Positions 49,347-62,859 of a DNA stretch of 64,000 nt are shown piece after piece. Position 1 is the stretch's first letter. Every line of letters begins with the position of its first letter. The stretch covers positions 38,874,001-38,938,000 of the forward strand of contig OZ320316.1 in the NCBI GenBank assembly GCA_976226885.1, read 5' to 3'. The notes below the pieces were generated by a model that was given only the letters and a program-made list of their open reading frames with translations, searched no databases and was not told where the DNA came from. Source of the stretch: Iphione sp. A-MEVVRFRX5. Taxonomy: Eukaryota. The position numbers were made by a program, and so were the translations under genes.

Positions 49347-49400
49347 AAGATGTTTAATCCTCTGAGTTGTGTTAAGATGTTTAATCCTCTGAGTTGTGTT
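49347..49400. repeat. Perfect 27-bp tandem duplication
   Basis: aagatgtttaatcctctgagttgtgtt x2. Confidence 0.95.
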
Positions 49401-50688
49401 AGAACGGATATGTATTTACACTACGCATTGTTAGTCCAGCAATGGAAATTTATATTACAGTCACTGCCCTAGGGGGCGACCACCTAAGGAACTGGGCAAA
49501 AGTGGTTTCCACAGGCGAGTGATCACCACATGCAAGGGATAAGGGGGATCAAAACCTCAAAATGGAACCCCTCCCTCCCCCTTTCTCTCTACCAAGTAAA
49601 TACATGTCTACAGACAGGTGTAGTGTGTTCGAGGTCGCACTAACACCTCAGAGGGATACATCTATTCTCTCTCTGAAAGTATCGTGGGAGGTTCAGTGAA
49701 TGAGGGTTTCAATTCTATGGACGATAAAACCACACCCACTCTGGGTATTGTGTCACTGTATTCAGCCCAACACTCTCTCCGACAACCTATGTTAGACATG
49801 GCACAACTCTATGTGGTGTAAGGATGTAATACGAATTGAAGTTGATTGTCCTCAACATTAGAGAGACTTTTCCAGTGCCCGTACATAACTCCATACTGCC
49901 AGCCCGCCTTATTCAAAGGTCCCTCCATTCTTGTCTCCTAACAAATCGTTAAGGACTGGTTTCCTTATCTGCATTGATATTCATACATTTTTGTTGCATT
50001 GAGGTACTTTTTTATGATCATGTCCATTTCAATGAAGGATGTCAAGTACATCCATGTGCGTTGTGGTGCATTGAAGTGATTTAGGTGTCTATTGATCATT
50101 AATGGACCCTGTCTGATAATTTAAAGCATGCAGACACCAACAGTCAGTAATATAGAGGATATATCCTTTGTATCAGGTGATAATGGACACATTTACCCAC
50201 TGTTTCACACATTTCTGCACAAATCTGTCCTTTTTCATCATTTCCCTTGTCATTTTCACTGTTTTTCACATATTTTAGCATCAAATTCATCCTTATATAT
50301 CCTTTTACACATCATTTTTTACTTTTTTGTGGCTTTTCACACCATATCAGTCCTTTTCCATAATTTATTCTGTCATTTTCACCATGTTTCAGAGCTTTTA
50401 GCATCAGATTCATCCTTTTCCCTCCATCTATTATAAATTTATCACAGATTATCATCCACACAAACACATGTTAAAATGACATCCCTATCCATGAAGCTGC
50501 ATGACTGCAACATGCATCTAAAATGCATGTTAATGCACATGGATGGGAAAAAGCAGGGGAACGCAGCTCAACACAGGTAAAGAAACTGGCCCTTATCCTT
50601 CTCCATCTCCTCTGGCATGGAAATCTGGAACAAAAGAGGTCGGTATTCTCTAGATTCACTTGCTTTTGATACAGCACAGTGCCCCCGC

Positions 50689-50720
50689 CACACACAAACA
50701 CACACACACACACACACACA
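50689..50720. repeat. (CA)n microsatellite
   Basis: Seen directly, with one interruption. Confidence 0.9.
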
Positions 50721-51099
50721 TGCGGGTGTACACAAAGAGACATTCTGTTCTTTTACCACTATTCTTGGTGTGGGGGATCTGGATACTTTTGGTGAGTAAA
50801 GTGTAAACAAAGAGTTGTCAACCCAGTTTTCAGACAGATTCCTTTGGTAATATATGGGGTTACTGTACTCAATTCGTAGTTTTATTGATAAACCAAACAA
50901 ATAAATTTTGTATAGATTTAAATCTTTTTTTTTAAACTTGGTAAATTTTTAAAAATTGGCATAGGCACTACATCTAAAGGTAGTTCTACATGTGTGTTTA
51001 TAAATGTCAGAATTAGCTTTGGAATCAATGCAAAATTATTATTAAACTACATGTAAATATTACATCAGCTCAAAGGGAGAAGTCCACCTCCTTTCACCT

Positions 51100-51975
51100 C
51101 CATTGCAGGTACCCTGTCCCATAGATAGGTCAGGGCACCAGTGCAATGACGCTTATCTCACTCCAAGAATAAAATATCTGTAATGGTGCGCTAGCTCACT
51201 ATTATTGGAACAGATCGACTGGATGAAAACCAATGGCAAAGTCGTGCAGAAACTCTTTCTACGGGCACTAATGACGTCCGAGGCAACATTATTTGGTTAG
51301 AGGTTTAGACATTCAGGAGTTCCTCAGCTGGTGCCAACATTCAGTGCGGGGAACTCTTGACACTATAGCTGCCTTGCTTCAGAGAATGAATGTATTTAGA
51401 CCATTTTTGTGGTTGAAATTGTCTTCCCTGTTAAGGTTTCATGCTTTGCCGTTCTCGCTGAAGCAATATTAAGAGAGTGAAGCGGATATCATCATCTTGT
51501 TGATAAGAGAAGCTTTGATGGTTTCTTCACACAAGTCGTGTAACCGGGGTTAACGGCTCGCTCTTACACCTCGTTACCACCTTCTCTTACTCAATATAAA
51601 TTGTATGTCTCATTAGCCTATGCAATACTTCCTGTTCTGGAAATGGCTATATCCGTAAACGCAGTACATAATAGAGTAGGAACCCGAAGACGCAACCAAG
51701 GTAGAGACTGCACTATTCTGGTCTCTAGCTATAGTTTGTTCTCATTAGAGAACATCTACATAGGGTGATAGGTACGATTTGTTCGCTGCAATCCCGGTGA
51801 CTCAGTTGCTTTTGTCTTCTTTTGGTCTAGTATTTTACCGGGTCTGCACTGTATAGAGTAGATTAATGAATACAGTTCAGTTGGGGATCTTCAACGGAGT
51901 TGTCTTGTATTGATACTTTTGATACTTTATTCAGCTTCTCAATGTTCAATTACATCGAGGTCTTCCTGAAAGCTG
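51100..51975 (-). mobile_element. Separate decayed LINE 3' fragment
   Basis: Minus strand at about 51930-51975 reads approximately (L/F)QEDLDVIEH, the LQ.DLD motif that follows YADD in CR1-group RTs. It lies directly beyond the end of the other LINE ORF2. Left boundary is approximate. Confidence 0.4.
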
Positions 51976-51999
51976 TCAGCAGAACATGTGCAATAACTA

Positions 52000-54520
52000 C
52001 TATATTTTATCCACAAAATATTTGCGGGCGTTTCTTACAAAGCTAGATACATCAGTACAGGTCTTTAGTGTATTCGGGAGTGCGTTCCAGATTTTAGGCC
52101 AGTATAGTAGAACAAGCTGGAGAGTAGGGTATTATCTTCTTTTTAGTAAATTTCCTACCTACCAATCGCTTCAAACAGGAAACTGTGCCTTATTTTATCC
52201 TTATATGGCAACACATACATCAATTTGGCTAGTTGAATGCTTCTAAAAACTGCTTGGCGTCTAATTTTTTAAATTTGGGATCCCCATTTAAGCTGATAAT
52301 CCAGAACATACCCAAAAGTATTGCCCCATCCACCTGCTCAATTTGTTTACCCTCAAATCTTAAATCAAGATTGAGGTCGTGCAACCTTCCAAATAAGAGA
52401 CACCGAGTCTTTTTTTTTGTTTACCTTCGAACCATTAGCATTAGTACGGTTTGCAATATCTTTAAGTCCCCTTTGGAGTCTTAATTAATTGAAGAGCCAA
52501 GGTGTTTGATGTGGTACCATTTAAGGTCAGGTCATCCACATGCATCACTATATTGTTAATGACAATATTACCCATGACATTAATCATAACATTAAGCAAT
52601 AATGGACCTGATAAACTCCCTTGAGGTACCCCTTGATTAACATTTAGATGACTTAACTTAAACCCATTAATTTCAACATAGTGTTCTTTTAGAAAGATAA
52701 CTAACTATTTAATAGTTAGCCATTCTAACCCACTATCCACTAATCTTTTCAAAATATCATGATTCACCACGTCACACGCCTTGGACATATCTATCATTAC
52801 AATGCCACAATGTTGTCCCTGATTAATAGTCTCATATATGTCCTTCATAAGAGATCCATCAGTTGTCAATGTTCCTTTTCCTGGGATGAAGCCATGTTGC
52901 TCTTTCGTGAAATACGATGTTTGCCTGTAAAAACATCAACTGGTCATATATGGCCTTCTCTATTATTTAACCAAACACATTCAAAATCGATACTTGATGA
53001 TAATTTGACTTATTCGCCATTGAACCCTTCCTGAATGTAGGGTGGACTCGAGCAGTTTTTCCAAACATCAAGGCAGACACCCTGAGAAATGCACCTATTG
53101 GAGAAATCACGAATAATGTCCATATTAGCCAATAGAAACTGTTTAACAAGAAACATTGGAACCCCTTCAATCCCACTAGGTTTGGTTTCCTTCAGATCCA
53201 AGATTATCTTTGATAATTTCTTTACTGTTACAGCGGCCAATGGAGATCCTGATTGATCTTCCCTTATCTCTACAGCATCTATGCCAAAAGACCCTGCTAT
53301 TTTTTCAGCTTGAGAGACAAAATGGGAGTTTAGTACATCAAATTCTGGCATCAGGAACGAGATCACCGCCTTCCTTCAATAAAATAACTCTGTCCTCCGA
53401 GGTCTTCCTAAAATATTTTTAACAGATGTCCAATAAGCTTTACTGGACTTACATTTTGCCAACTCTGTTGAATTATACTTACGTTTGAGCTTTTTAGCCA
53501 AATAGCTTTCAACTTATAGAAGTTCGTCATCCTGTAGTCACCCATATTCCCACTTTTCCTATAGTTAGCAAAAAAGTAATCCCGGTTTGCCCATATTTCT
53601 ATCAATTCATGTGTCACCCAAAGATTCCCCCTTCTCTCCTTAACTCTTTTCACAGGACATATGACATTCAGGCTATCTCGGATAGTCGCTTCACAGGTCT
53701 TCCACGCTTGCACTGGATCTACAGCTTCGTCAGTCAAATCAGACAAAGTATGCTGCGCTTCGCGATTGAGCTGAAATAAATCAAACCCCGACCACAGACG
53801 TTTTATTTCATAATGTGTTTTCCCCTTTCATAATGTGTTTTCCCCTTGAGACTTCTTATCAATCACAAAAGTAGACAGGTGATCACTAGTATGCCAATCA
53901 ATAACTCCATTTGTATTTACCTATCTCAAATTTGTAAATATTAGGTCCAAAGTACTGCTAGCTGTCAGAGTATGGTACGTTGTAGCGTTTATCAATTGTC
54001 TCAGGTTGCATGAACCCATCAGATTTTCTAGGTATCGTTTATTGCTAGAATTGCAATTCCAGTTTACATTGAAATCATCCGCCACAAGTACTTCTTTTTT
54101 TTTGATAGGTTAAAACAATTTAGAGTATTTTTAGATAGGCCGTACAGTCCGAGAAATTCCCATCTGGGGGATGATATACAACTCCTAAGTACAGGGTTTT
54201 GCAATATTGATTAGTGAGAGTTACCCACAGTGCTTCTGTCGATCCGTCAGACACTGATGGCAACTCCAACTCTGCCAAAGACCAATGTTTGTCAACATGC
54301 AACAAGACCCCCCACCCCTTGGTTTTTTGTTCTTACTATTCCTATCAAGCCTTACCGTTTTGAATTCAGGAATTTCAATCAAACCTGGACCTACTAGTTC
54401 ATTCAACCAGCTTTCCACCACTCCCACTGGGACTGGCTTATGGTCATTAATGAAACTCACTAACTCATCCCATTTTAGTAACACACTACACTGTGTGTGC
54501 ATTCCAGAAAATAAATTTAC
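52000..54520 (-). pseudogene. CR1-group (L2/Crack/Daphne-like) LINE ORF2: APE endonuclease + reverse transcriptase
   Basis: APE motifs: KWDEL, VESWL, RLDR..GGG, VYHPP, DDFN, LDLIFTN. RT motifs: QHGFIPGK, DMSKACDVVNH, GVPQGSLSGPLL, MHVDD. C-terminus is IWNALPNTLKTCTDVSSF..KYFVDKI*. Multiple frameshifts. Confidence 0.9.
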
Positions 54521-55133
54521 AACAGCCCATTGCTCTTTATTTTCAAGTGAGTGTTAATAGAATTAGAGCTTTCCCTCCCCCCTCAATTATGATATCCCTC
54601 AATGATTAATACCCCAATTATTCATATCTTTTTGAATAGAAATATTCAGTTGTTGGAAGCAATCACTAAACACTCCTTCACCCTGACGACAACCATCAAA
54701 TAGAAGAGTATCTATTCACTCGCTTCCCCTTCTTCAAATAATGAACTGGATTTGCAACACTTGGGTGAAAATGCTTTGTTCCTTATTTGATTTCTTTTTC
54801 ACACAATTTATTAACCATACAATTTCATTTAAAACCATTTGGTTATGATCAGAATAGGTTTCATTCGAATACCTGTGCCAGTCAATACCTACCAACAGAC
54901 AAGGTATTACCAGCAGGGGAATACTGTCGCTAATCTGCTGTATTTGAGACAGTATAGTTTGAGAGTGAAGAAAATAATCAGCCGCATTCTCATGTCTCAT
55001 TTGATCTCATAGAAATGTCCCATATCGCCATATGTATGAATATCAAGGCGTAGTTCATGTATCCAGTCAGATTCTAGGTACCTGAATACAATATCATATT
55101 TTAAGCCTACAATAATGACACAGGTCATACTTA

Positions 55134-55466
55134 GGCCAAAAAAATAGGTGTGTTTCTGGTAATGACCACCCAAAAAACTAGGTAGGCAGGGGGTATCTTT
55201 TTTTTTAAATTTTCTTTTCACTTTCTTCCTCTGGTTTTTAATAATAATAAAGATAATATGATAAATTTTGACAAGTTTGCAGTTTTTTGCTGAATTTCCA
55301 TGGATTTGGTTGTTTTTCTACTGAATTTACCAAAAACATGTGCCATGAAAACCTGTATCTAAGGAAATTCGGTCCTGGAAACACTTTGGGGCCCAAAATT
55401 TTTTAGGTAGGGTGAGGTTTTACAAGGTAGGGGTGGGTTACCAGAAACAGACCTTTTTTTTAGGCC
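55134..55466. mobile_element. PIF/Harbinger-type MITE (same family as 30326, opposite orientation)
   Basis: TTA|ggccaaaaaaataggtgtgtttctggtaa ... ttaccagaaacagacctttttttttaggcc|TTA. Confidence 0.9.
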
Positions 55467-55603
55467 TTATCCCTGCTGGACGATTGTTCTCCCACCAATC
55501 CGCCATGGGTTGACCTGTGGAGTCAGCTAAGTATAGTACCTTCACAGTCATCTCGATAATCTAAAAATTGATTAACATTGAAATGTTTAACAACAGAGGG
55601 TAA

Positions 55604-55939
55604 GGCCTAAAAAAAAAGTTCTGTGTTTGCGGTAACAGCTGAAAAAATACAGGGTCGGTCGGTAAGTCACATTTTTTTTATTTTTCTTTTTTTTTCAATG
55701 TAAAGGGATCCTGAAATCAACAACTATCTATGGCAATGTCACTTATACTGGTTAGATATTAATTAAACTTATGTCATATGAAAGCTAGTAACATGAGGAG
55801 CAATTTGGCGTATAGAACATGTCTCTATCATTATTCAGTCTAAAGTTATTCAAAAAACAAGAAAAAATAAAAAGTCTCAACAGCCTCTGATACAGGGTCG
55901 GTCGGGTTACCGGAAACACAGATATTTTTTGTATACGCC
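55604..55939. mobile_element. Related PIF/Harbinger-type MITE
   Basis: TAA|ggcctaaaaaaaaagttctgtgtttgcggtaac ... gttaccggaaacacagatattttttgtatacgcc|TAA. The motif tacagggtcggtcgg occurs twice internally. Confidence 0.8.
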
Positions 55940-56510
55940 TAACCATAAATATTCCATGTGGGATATACAATTATTCAGACAACGGCATCAATCAGAGCAA
56001 TGTTAACATACTATCACAATTGGGGGTCAATTGTGCCATAAATTTAGTGCCATATTGCCAGTCAATCATAGCAATATCTCATGATAATAATTAATATCAC
56101 ATAATTGTTTGGCACAAATAACCATTACCACATCTCTATGACCATATCCTGGTAACACCTCGTAGTACATTAGACATCATTGAGGTCGTGGTAGTGAGTT
56201 TAATATCCAGTGTTAAATAATCCTGGATAAATCTTGAATAATTCCTGAACAGAACATTTTTCAAATTTAATGACATATAACTACTAATTTTAAATTATAA
56301 AAAATAGGTTAGCAAACCACTATTGAGTAAATAAAATAAGGCAGCTTTTACTTGTGTAGTCGGCTCCACAACGCATAGAGAGAGGAATCCAATAACGAAG
56401 TTGCCATGACAGCCCAGTCAATACCATCAGCTACCACAAACTAAGTTGTGCGAAGAAAATCCTGCAAAGTAGAACAATACATGGCATTAGAAATTAGCCG
56501 GTAGCATGAC

Positions 56511-57611
56511 CTAGCCCAGCGATATACGAAGGTCAGAGAGAAAAATTCCGATCATATTTGTGTCTGTCCAAGAAGTGGCCTCCAAATCAATGTTCTTCAG
56601 AGGAACACAGTAGCCTCCATGATAGATTTGTCCTCTGTAGGTGCCAACGCTTGTCTGAACACCGCACTCGATCAAAAATTGAGATTATCTTGACAGACCT
56701 GTTTTACTACTCTCTCTGACGTCATTCCACTCACGTGAGGTTTTTTTGAGTCGCCGATTCGTTTAGCACTCAATGAGTCTGCCTTATTTCTTATATAAGC
56801 ATGTTTTGTTTTCTCACCATGAGCCTCGGCTGTTCTCCCCTGGTAGGCATGTTTGATTGATCTGTATTCAATTCCCTCATGCACGAAGTCATCCAGAAAT
56901 AGATTCGACAGAGGGTGGTGTGGGCCCTTGTATGCATAGGTAGTGTCACTGACTGAAGAGTATGCCTTACTGACGGTAACGCCCTCAGGTAACTCGGATA
57001 GATTCGCTACTTCGCTATTTCTTGTTGCCTAGACGCCGATTGTTACGCCTAGCTAGTCCCACAACAGTATGTAATAGCCTGTGGTCAGATTTAGCCTCAT
57101 CTGGAATATCCTCCGGCAGCATTACTCTCGAATATATGTCATTGTTTTTCAGAGAGATTCTTTTTTTATAGACCTTGTCTCTGTCAGCAAATGACACAAA
57201 CACTATTTTCACTGGACCAGGCCACTTACGCTGCTTGTTTTGTCACCCAGTCTATAGGCAGACCCAATTGCATTGTCCCAAATTGACTCGTCAGCCTCTG
57301 AGCATGTGTCCTAGCATACTTGCAACAGATTTTCACCTTCTTCCTCTCTTAACCCTTGAACAATTAAATTTGTCTTTCACGACTTCTCTTCGACTTCAAT
57401 AGTTTGCCTGACTAAGAGTGCCTACTTTTCTTTCAATATCTAGAACCTTATTGAACTGGGATCTCAATTCAGTGGAGTGTTTCATTACTTCAACCATTGT
57501 AGCAGTCTTAGTTGTATTTATTTCTGTTTTTAATATGCTTTTCTATGACGGCATCTCTGTTTTCAGTTCTGGGAGCTTAGGACATATGTTGGATAACTCA
57601 TTCTCAATCAT
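56511..57611 (-). pseudogene. LINE ORF1-like gene (coiled coil + transposase_22/RRM-like region) with C-terminal NADAR (YbiA-like) domain
   Basis: ORF1-like: KTNLIVQGLREEEGENL, AIGSAYRLGDK, VKIVFVSFADRDKVYKKRISLK..VMLPEDIP. NADAR-like: YAYKGPHHPLSNLFLDDFVHEGIEYRSIKHAYQ..AE..G..IRNKADSLSAKRIGD..IMEAT..WTDTNMIGIFLSDLR. Several stops and frameshifts. Confidence 0.75.
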
Positions 57612-59605
57612 GCTACTCGTTTGCTGAGTCTTTTCAATAAAATACTGCTTCACTAACAGCTTTTTCTGGCTTTCAAAGACAGTTTCAAACTGTAGCACAA
57701 ATGCAAACATCACGAGTCAGGTTCGAGTCAGCCTTTATTCTTCAACCAGCTTCAGCAATACAGCAATCAGCATCTTCAACAGCAACCGGGGTGGGTCTTA
57801 CTACCTACAAAGGACTGCCAACCTTATATACCGGACTGACTGGATTCGGTCATCCATCAGATATCCGACATATGTCAAGTATACAATGAGTCGTTAAGCT
57901 TTTACGTCCTTGACGTCACCTACACCTTGTGTCCAGGGTCGTGCTCAAGCAGTGTTTACACCTTATCTTGATTGGTAATAGTTAAGACGTGGCAATGCTC
58001 CTCTCTCTCTGACATCTTGATTGGTGTCCCAAGACACCGTATGAACTAAGTAGGTTTTAATGACCATAGGGTCTTATTACCATTACTGCTGATAAGAAGA
58101 ATTGTGAAGCACATGAAAGATTACTTTCTGCGGGGTACAGACAACATTTTTCACTCAGTACCCTTACATTACTCCGCAAGTGGCCTTACTTACATTTCAT
58201 ATAACTATACACTGTACATACATTGCATTATTCTGCTAGCCCTATAGGCTCGATGCAACATATGTCTTTTTATTACGTATGACAACATGTTGTGGTTACT
58301 TTAATACAATGCTAAATTCCCTTTTTGTTCTGTTTATCATGAAAGAGGACCAAGTGGCTCTGATACAGCATCATCATCATAATTATTCATAACTGTGTTA
58401 CAAAACAACTGTGAGCTGGATAGGGTACATACCTCCTCCTTAGTAAGGAATGTTATGCCATTCGATGTCAGCATCACCTTGTCCACCTGTGTTCCCGTGT
58501 GGTCACCGCCCGAGGTGGACGATAATATCATGGATCAGCGCTTCTGAACCACAGGCCCATCAGGTCTGCGTGAATTGGGCAATTTCTTCGTTATTTCCTC
58601 AATAGTTTCCCTCTTTTCTTGTGTATTCGGAGCCGAAGGGGTCTTTCCAGACCTCGTTCCTTTACTCGGTGGCATTATTGAGGATATTTCCACAGAAGAG
58701 ACCTAATATTCGCGGGGGAAAAAGAGAGCACCTAGCAAACATGTCTGCACTCTACCATAGTTACGGTGGATTGCCCTTCAATATCCGTGACAAAATTGCA
58801 TAGGAGAGGTGCTCAGAGAGGATCCTACTTTGTACACATCCCACTCCTAACAGAAGTGTCTTACGCTGATCGATCTGTGTATCGTTTCACTGTAATGATA
58901 TCGTTCGGTGCCATCGGTCTGTAATCAGAAGAGAAAAAGAAATCAAACATTTAAATCCAAATGTCACGATTGAAATAATTTAGGGCGAAGTGTTGGGAAA
59001 ATGAGAGGTATATATATATAAAGTAAATTACGTGGATCTATGTTGGACCCATTTGCTTCGGCTGACCGTTGATTGATGTTGTTGCGGAGATGCTCCGCCC
59101 TACTGGTTGTTCCGCAAGTGATTCCGCCGTTAGTTGTTACTCCGCCACTTATGATTACATGTATATAAAGGTTGGTGTGCGGAGTAAGTTTCCGTTCTTG
59201 TCTCTGTATTTTGACACCTCTTATTTGGAATATGCTGAGATCGGGTCGTAACAATATTATTGACGCCTGCACTGCTGGGAAAAAAACGTGAGACATATAT
59301 GTAATCAGAAGCTGAGAGTTCTTTCATTGTTTAAGATTCGATCCACCTTGTGATCAGAAGGGAGAAGTACGTGCCATTTACAGGCTGTAAACGTTGATCA
59401 AAGTCATCTACTTCAATATAGATTGATGATCTAAAACCTTATTAAGCATCAATCATCAAAGTGGCACAGTGCGAACTTTACAATTACTAACGATGGTCAT
59501 GCGTAATTGTGAGGAAACTGGCGTCGCATTTAATCATATATTTTATTGAATTGATATCCATCACCTGGAGGAAGAGTGGGATTTAACGTACATAAATCAT
59601 CAAAT

Positions 59606-59649
59606 ACTCTGTCTGTCTCTGTCTTTGTCAGTCTGTTTGTCTGTTGGTC

Positions 59650-59692
<43 letters not shown>
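59606..59692. repeat. Degenerate (TCTG)n followed by (TC)n microsatellite
   Basis: (TC)n at 59654-59692 is seen directly and is preceded by tctg-rich units. Confidence 0.9.
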
Positions 59693-59695
<3 letters not shown>

Positions 59696-60169
59696 AATAA
59701 AAGACGTGTCACGTTACCAACCGCAAAGAACTTCTTCATTTGAGGACAACGCGAAAGTGTTTTTATATCCACCCTGGCATCACTAACTACACACATGCAC
59801 CAGACAGGTTTGTTCTCTGAGCATGACAGACTTCGCATGTCGCACCCGCCAACGATGTGCATCTCACATCCATCCGGCAGGCATTAGCCCAGACAGGCCA
59901 AGACCACTTGCCTGCAACAAGAGTGCGGCAGCTTTAAGAATTTCGCTTTGTATACAAAAGGTGTGAGCTGTAGAGCAAGTAGTATATGCAAAAAGCCAAT
60001 AAATGAGGTCACACTTCTACACAGGGTCTCGGAGGAGGTGAACTAATTCAATATCAGATTACTCAGCCTGCATCGGAGAGTAACTAAGACACTGACTAAT
60101 ATCATCAGAAAGTAGTTTAGTGCCTGGTCGCTGTATCTAGGCCAAGCCCATGAGGTACAGGTGGTAGCA

Positions 60170-60700
60170 GTGTATTCAACTCGGAAAGCGGTCAATAATG
60201 GCCTTTTTCTCATTGGTTCGTTGAACAAACTGTGATCCTTACCTGTGGAGAATCAAGGGACCACGCCTTTGTACTAAGGTTTTAGCATTCACGTGAAGTT
60301 TCGAGTATTTTGAACAAAATAATCACACGCGGTGAGAGAAGAATCTCAGGAAAATAATACCCCAGTTATTGTAAAGCATATAACAAGGTATGTATTTATC
60401 TCTAGGTATCATGATACTTGACTAAATTGTAGTGGATGCTGGACATCGGATCACTAGGTCCGACGCCGAGGTCCGACACCATCGTCTGATAGGGGTGATC
60501 CGACGTTTGGTTCAATAGAGGTTGGTTGGATGAGCCAATGTAGTGAAGAAGGTGAAATAATTAAAGGTGTAGTGTGTATTACAACATAGGTGGTTACATA
60601 AGCCAGTACATAGGGCACTGTCTGTATATAAGGACAGGGCGCGTTTTCGGAATAAACAGGCATTCTCTCACTGCACTCAGAGAAGAGTTACACCCAGCAG
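60170..60700 (+). pseudogene. Decayed tyrosine-recombinase relic (Ngaro/DIRS-type)
   Basis: RSIMAFFSLVR*TN (~60189-60230; AFF..LR.SN motif) and SQYIGHCLYIRTG (~60600; Y.GHSFR-like). A related sequence occurs at about 32305-32370. Confidence 0.35.
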
Positions 60701-62859
60701 AAGTCCTGCAACTTTCCCAATCTAAAAACCCACTACACATGGACATGCTACATGCTATATGGTACAAAAGTCCATGGAAACATCTCTGGTGATAAGTATA
60801 GATTTAAAACAAAAACCTGAAAACATGGTGCCACCTAAAACGTGTGCGTATATATTAAGCGTAATTGTTTATTTGCAAGAACCTGATGCTGACCATTAGC
60901 TCCATTCAACTGTTCATATGGATCAGATACAAGAAAGGGAGACAGACATGCTGAAGGGCGTAATCTTAACTTTACAGCATTATTACATTTCATTTCCTGT
61001 AGACTCAACCGCCACGCTTTCATAGTTATAAGCGGAGGTGATAGTCAATGGCATGTTTTAAAACAGTACCACTACTCAGTGGGTTGGAGATGAGTTTTAT
61101 CAGTACTGCATGAGCCACAAGCTGAGTGCGTAGTGAAGTTTATAACTCGTTCGCTCAAAAAAGCTTTGATTCAAATACGACAAAAAATACCCAAAGGATC
61201 ATTTCAACCAGAGGAACGACCCACAGCTGTCTTTGACCTACAAATACTCTAATGTTGCAAAATGTGATTATGCCATGTTTAGCAATTTATTTCCTAAAAC
61301 CAAATATGGCACAGTAATATTTTCTGATCGGATTCATTACATTAAATAATTAATTAACTTTGGGGTTGACAGGATTATCTGTATCAGTCCAGTCGTGACC
61401 AAACCAAATGCTTTACGCGATTATGTGTGTTATCTGTCCTCTGGTAATTTCTCAAAGGGAGTGCCAATTGTGGCATAATTCGTTACGTGCATCATGTAAG
61501 GAAGCGAGGAAACTGACGCGGCATAGTTTGCTCGTCTCAAACGCACATTATTTTACACTGTATGAAGTTACGTCAGTGCTCATGGCGGAAATGAAACCTT
61601 CCAAATTAGAGCGCCCACACAAGACCAAATCATATTATTTCACTTGGCACAAGGCCACTAAACGTAGCTACCTCTCGACGCGGTAGAACGATGAGGTCGT
61701 ATGGACACTATGAGATCGGACAGAGAAGTTGAGCGAAAGTGGACGGACAGGATCTGGATTAATAAGTCTGGCTTTCCAGATAGCTCTGACAGGCCTGTTA
61801 TCAAGCCAACTGCTGCAGTCATTATCTGAACGGGCGAATGAGCAAAACTATGCGGCGCCACGTCATTAGTCTCGGGGATCTCCTCACGGGGTCCGGGAGG
61901 AGGGTCTGGGCGGCAACCGCCACAAAGATCCAGCAGCTCCTGAGTTCACTGGCGTCCGATGACATCCAAAGGCGGCGTGCATCGATGGAGTCATCTGACG
62001 ACTGGATGAGAGGCGACAATGGGAAACATGGCGCAGATTACTAGAAGAGATCAGTTTTCCACGCCCGCTTATCAAAGGCGGCCTATAAGTTCGTCCACCA
62101 GAAAAGTTTATGGAGACAAGTTATTCCTTTTGGCCTCTTTGCACTGCTTATTTGCACAGTTTGGAAAACTGTTCACAAGAGGTTCAAGTCTTCTCAAGTT
62201 TTTCAGTAGTGCTAAATGCGCGTGTACGCATTTGTGTTACGAACAGAACACACAGGGCGATGTCGATCTGTATGCCTGTAATGAGACATGGTATCTGTAC
62301 GTTGGAGATCTTCCCAGACCAACGAGGGAGTGGCTAGACTAATCAAGCCGATCAATAAGGCTATGACCGTGAGAAACTAAATGTCCTTGGAACAGTGTCA
62401 ACAGGAAGTTAATTGACAATGCGCTTATCGCTTCAGGCAACACACGAGTCAAAGGGAAGCCCTTAATATACTATATAGCTCCCCATTTATTATTTAGTTG
62501 ATACTGCGTTCAATGTGGGTTCCGTGTACTTGTGCACGTATGTGGTCACTCGGTAGCTTCCAGCTTGTATACTGTAGGTGCGCATCTTTCATTTCGGCCT
62601 TATCAGTTACAATCAGTCGCGCTTGTTTTTTTAAAAAGACAGAATATGGGTTGTGAGTGGGTGTAACGTATTTATTGGTGTTTACCCGGAAGCCTTCTCT
62701 CTATCCTATGCTAGGAATGACATCATGTCCTCCCGTGTTGTCACCGAGCCACGAGCAAAGGCATTACGGTAAGAACACCCTTGTGGCTATAGCGGTAGTA
62801 GTAGGGGAGATGTGGTTACGAGACCTGACACACCTGTATGAAAGCTGCCCGCAGGTGTC

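Noticed and set aside
58430-58720. Possible MADF/Myb-like fragment on the minus strand (EVWKDPSAP..ETIEEITKKL) with a GT donor
   Set aside because: The diagnostic Trp residues are mostly missing or replaced by stops; too weak to call.
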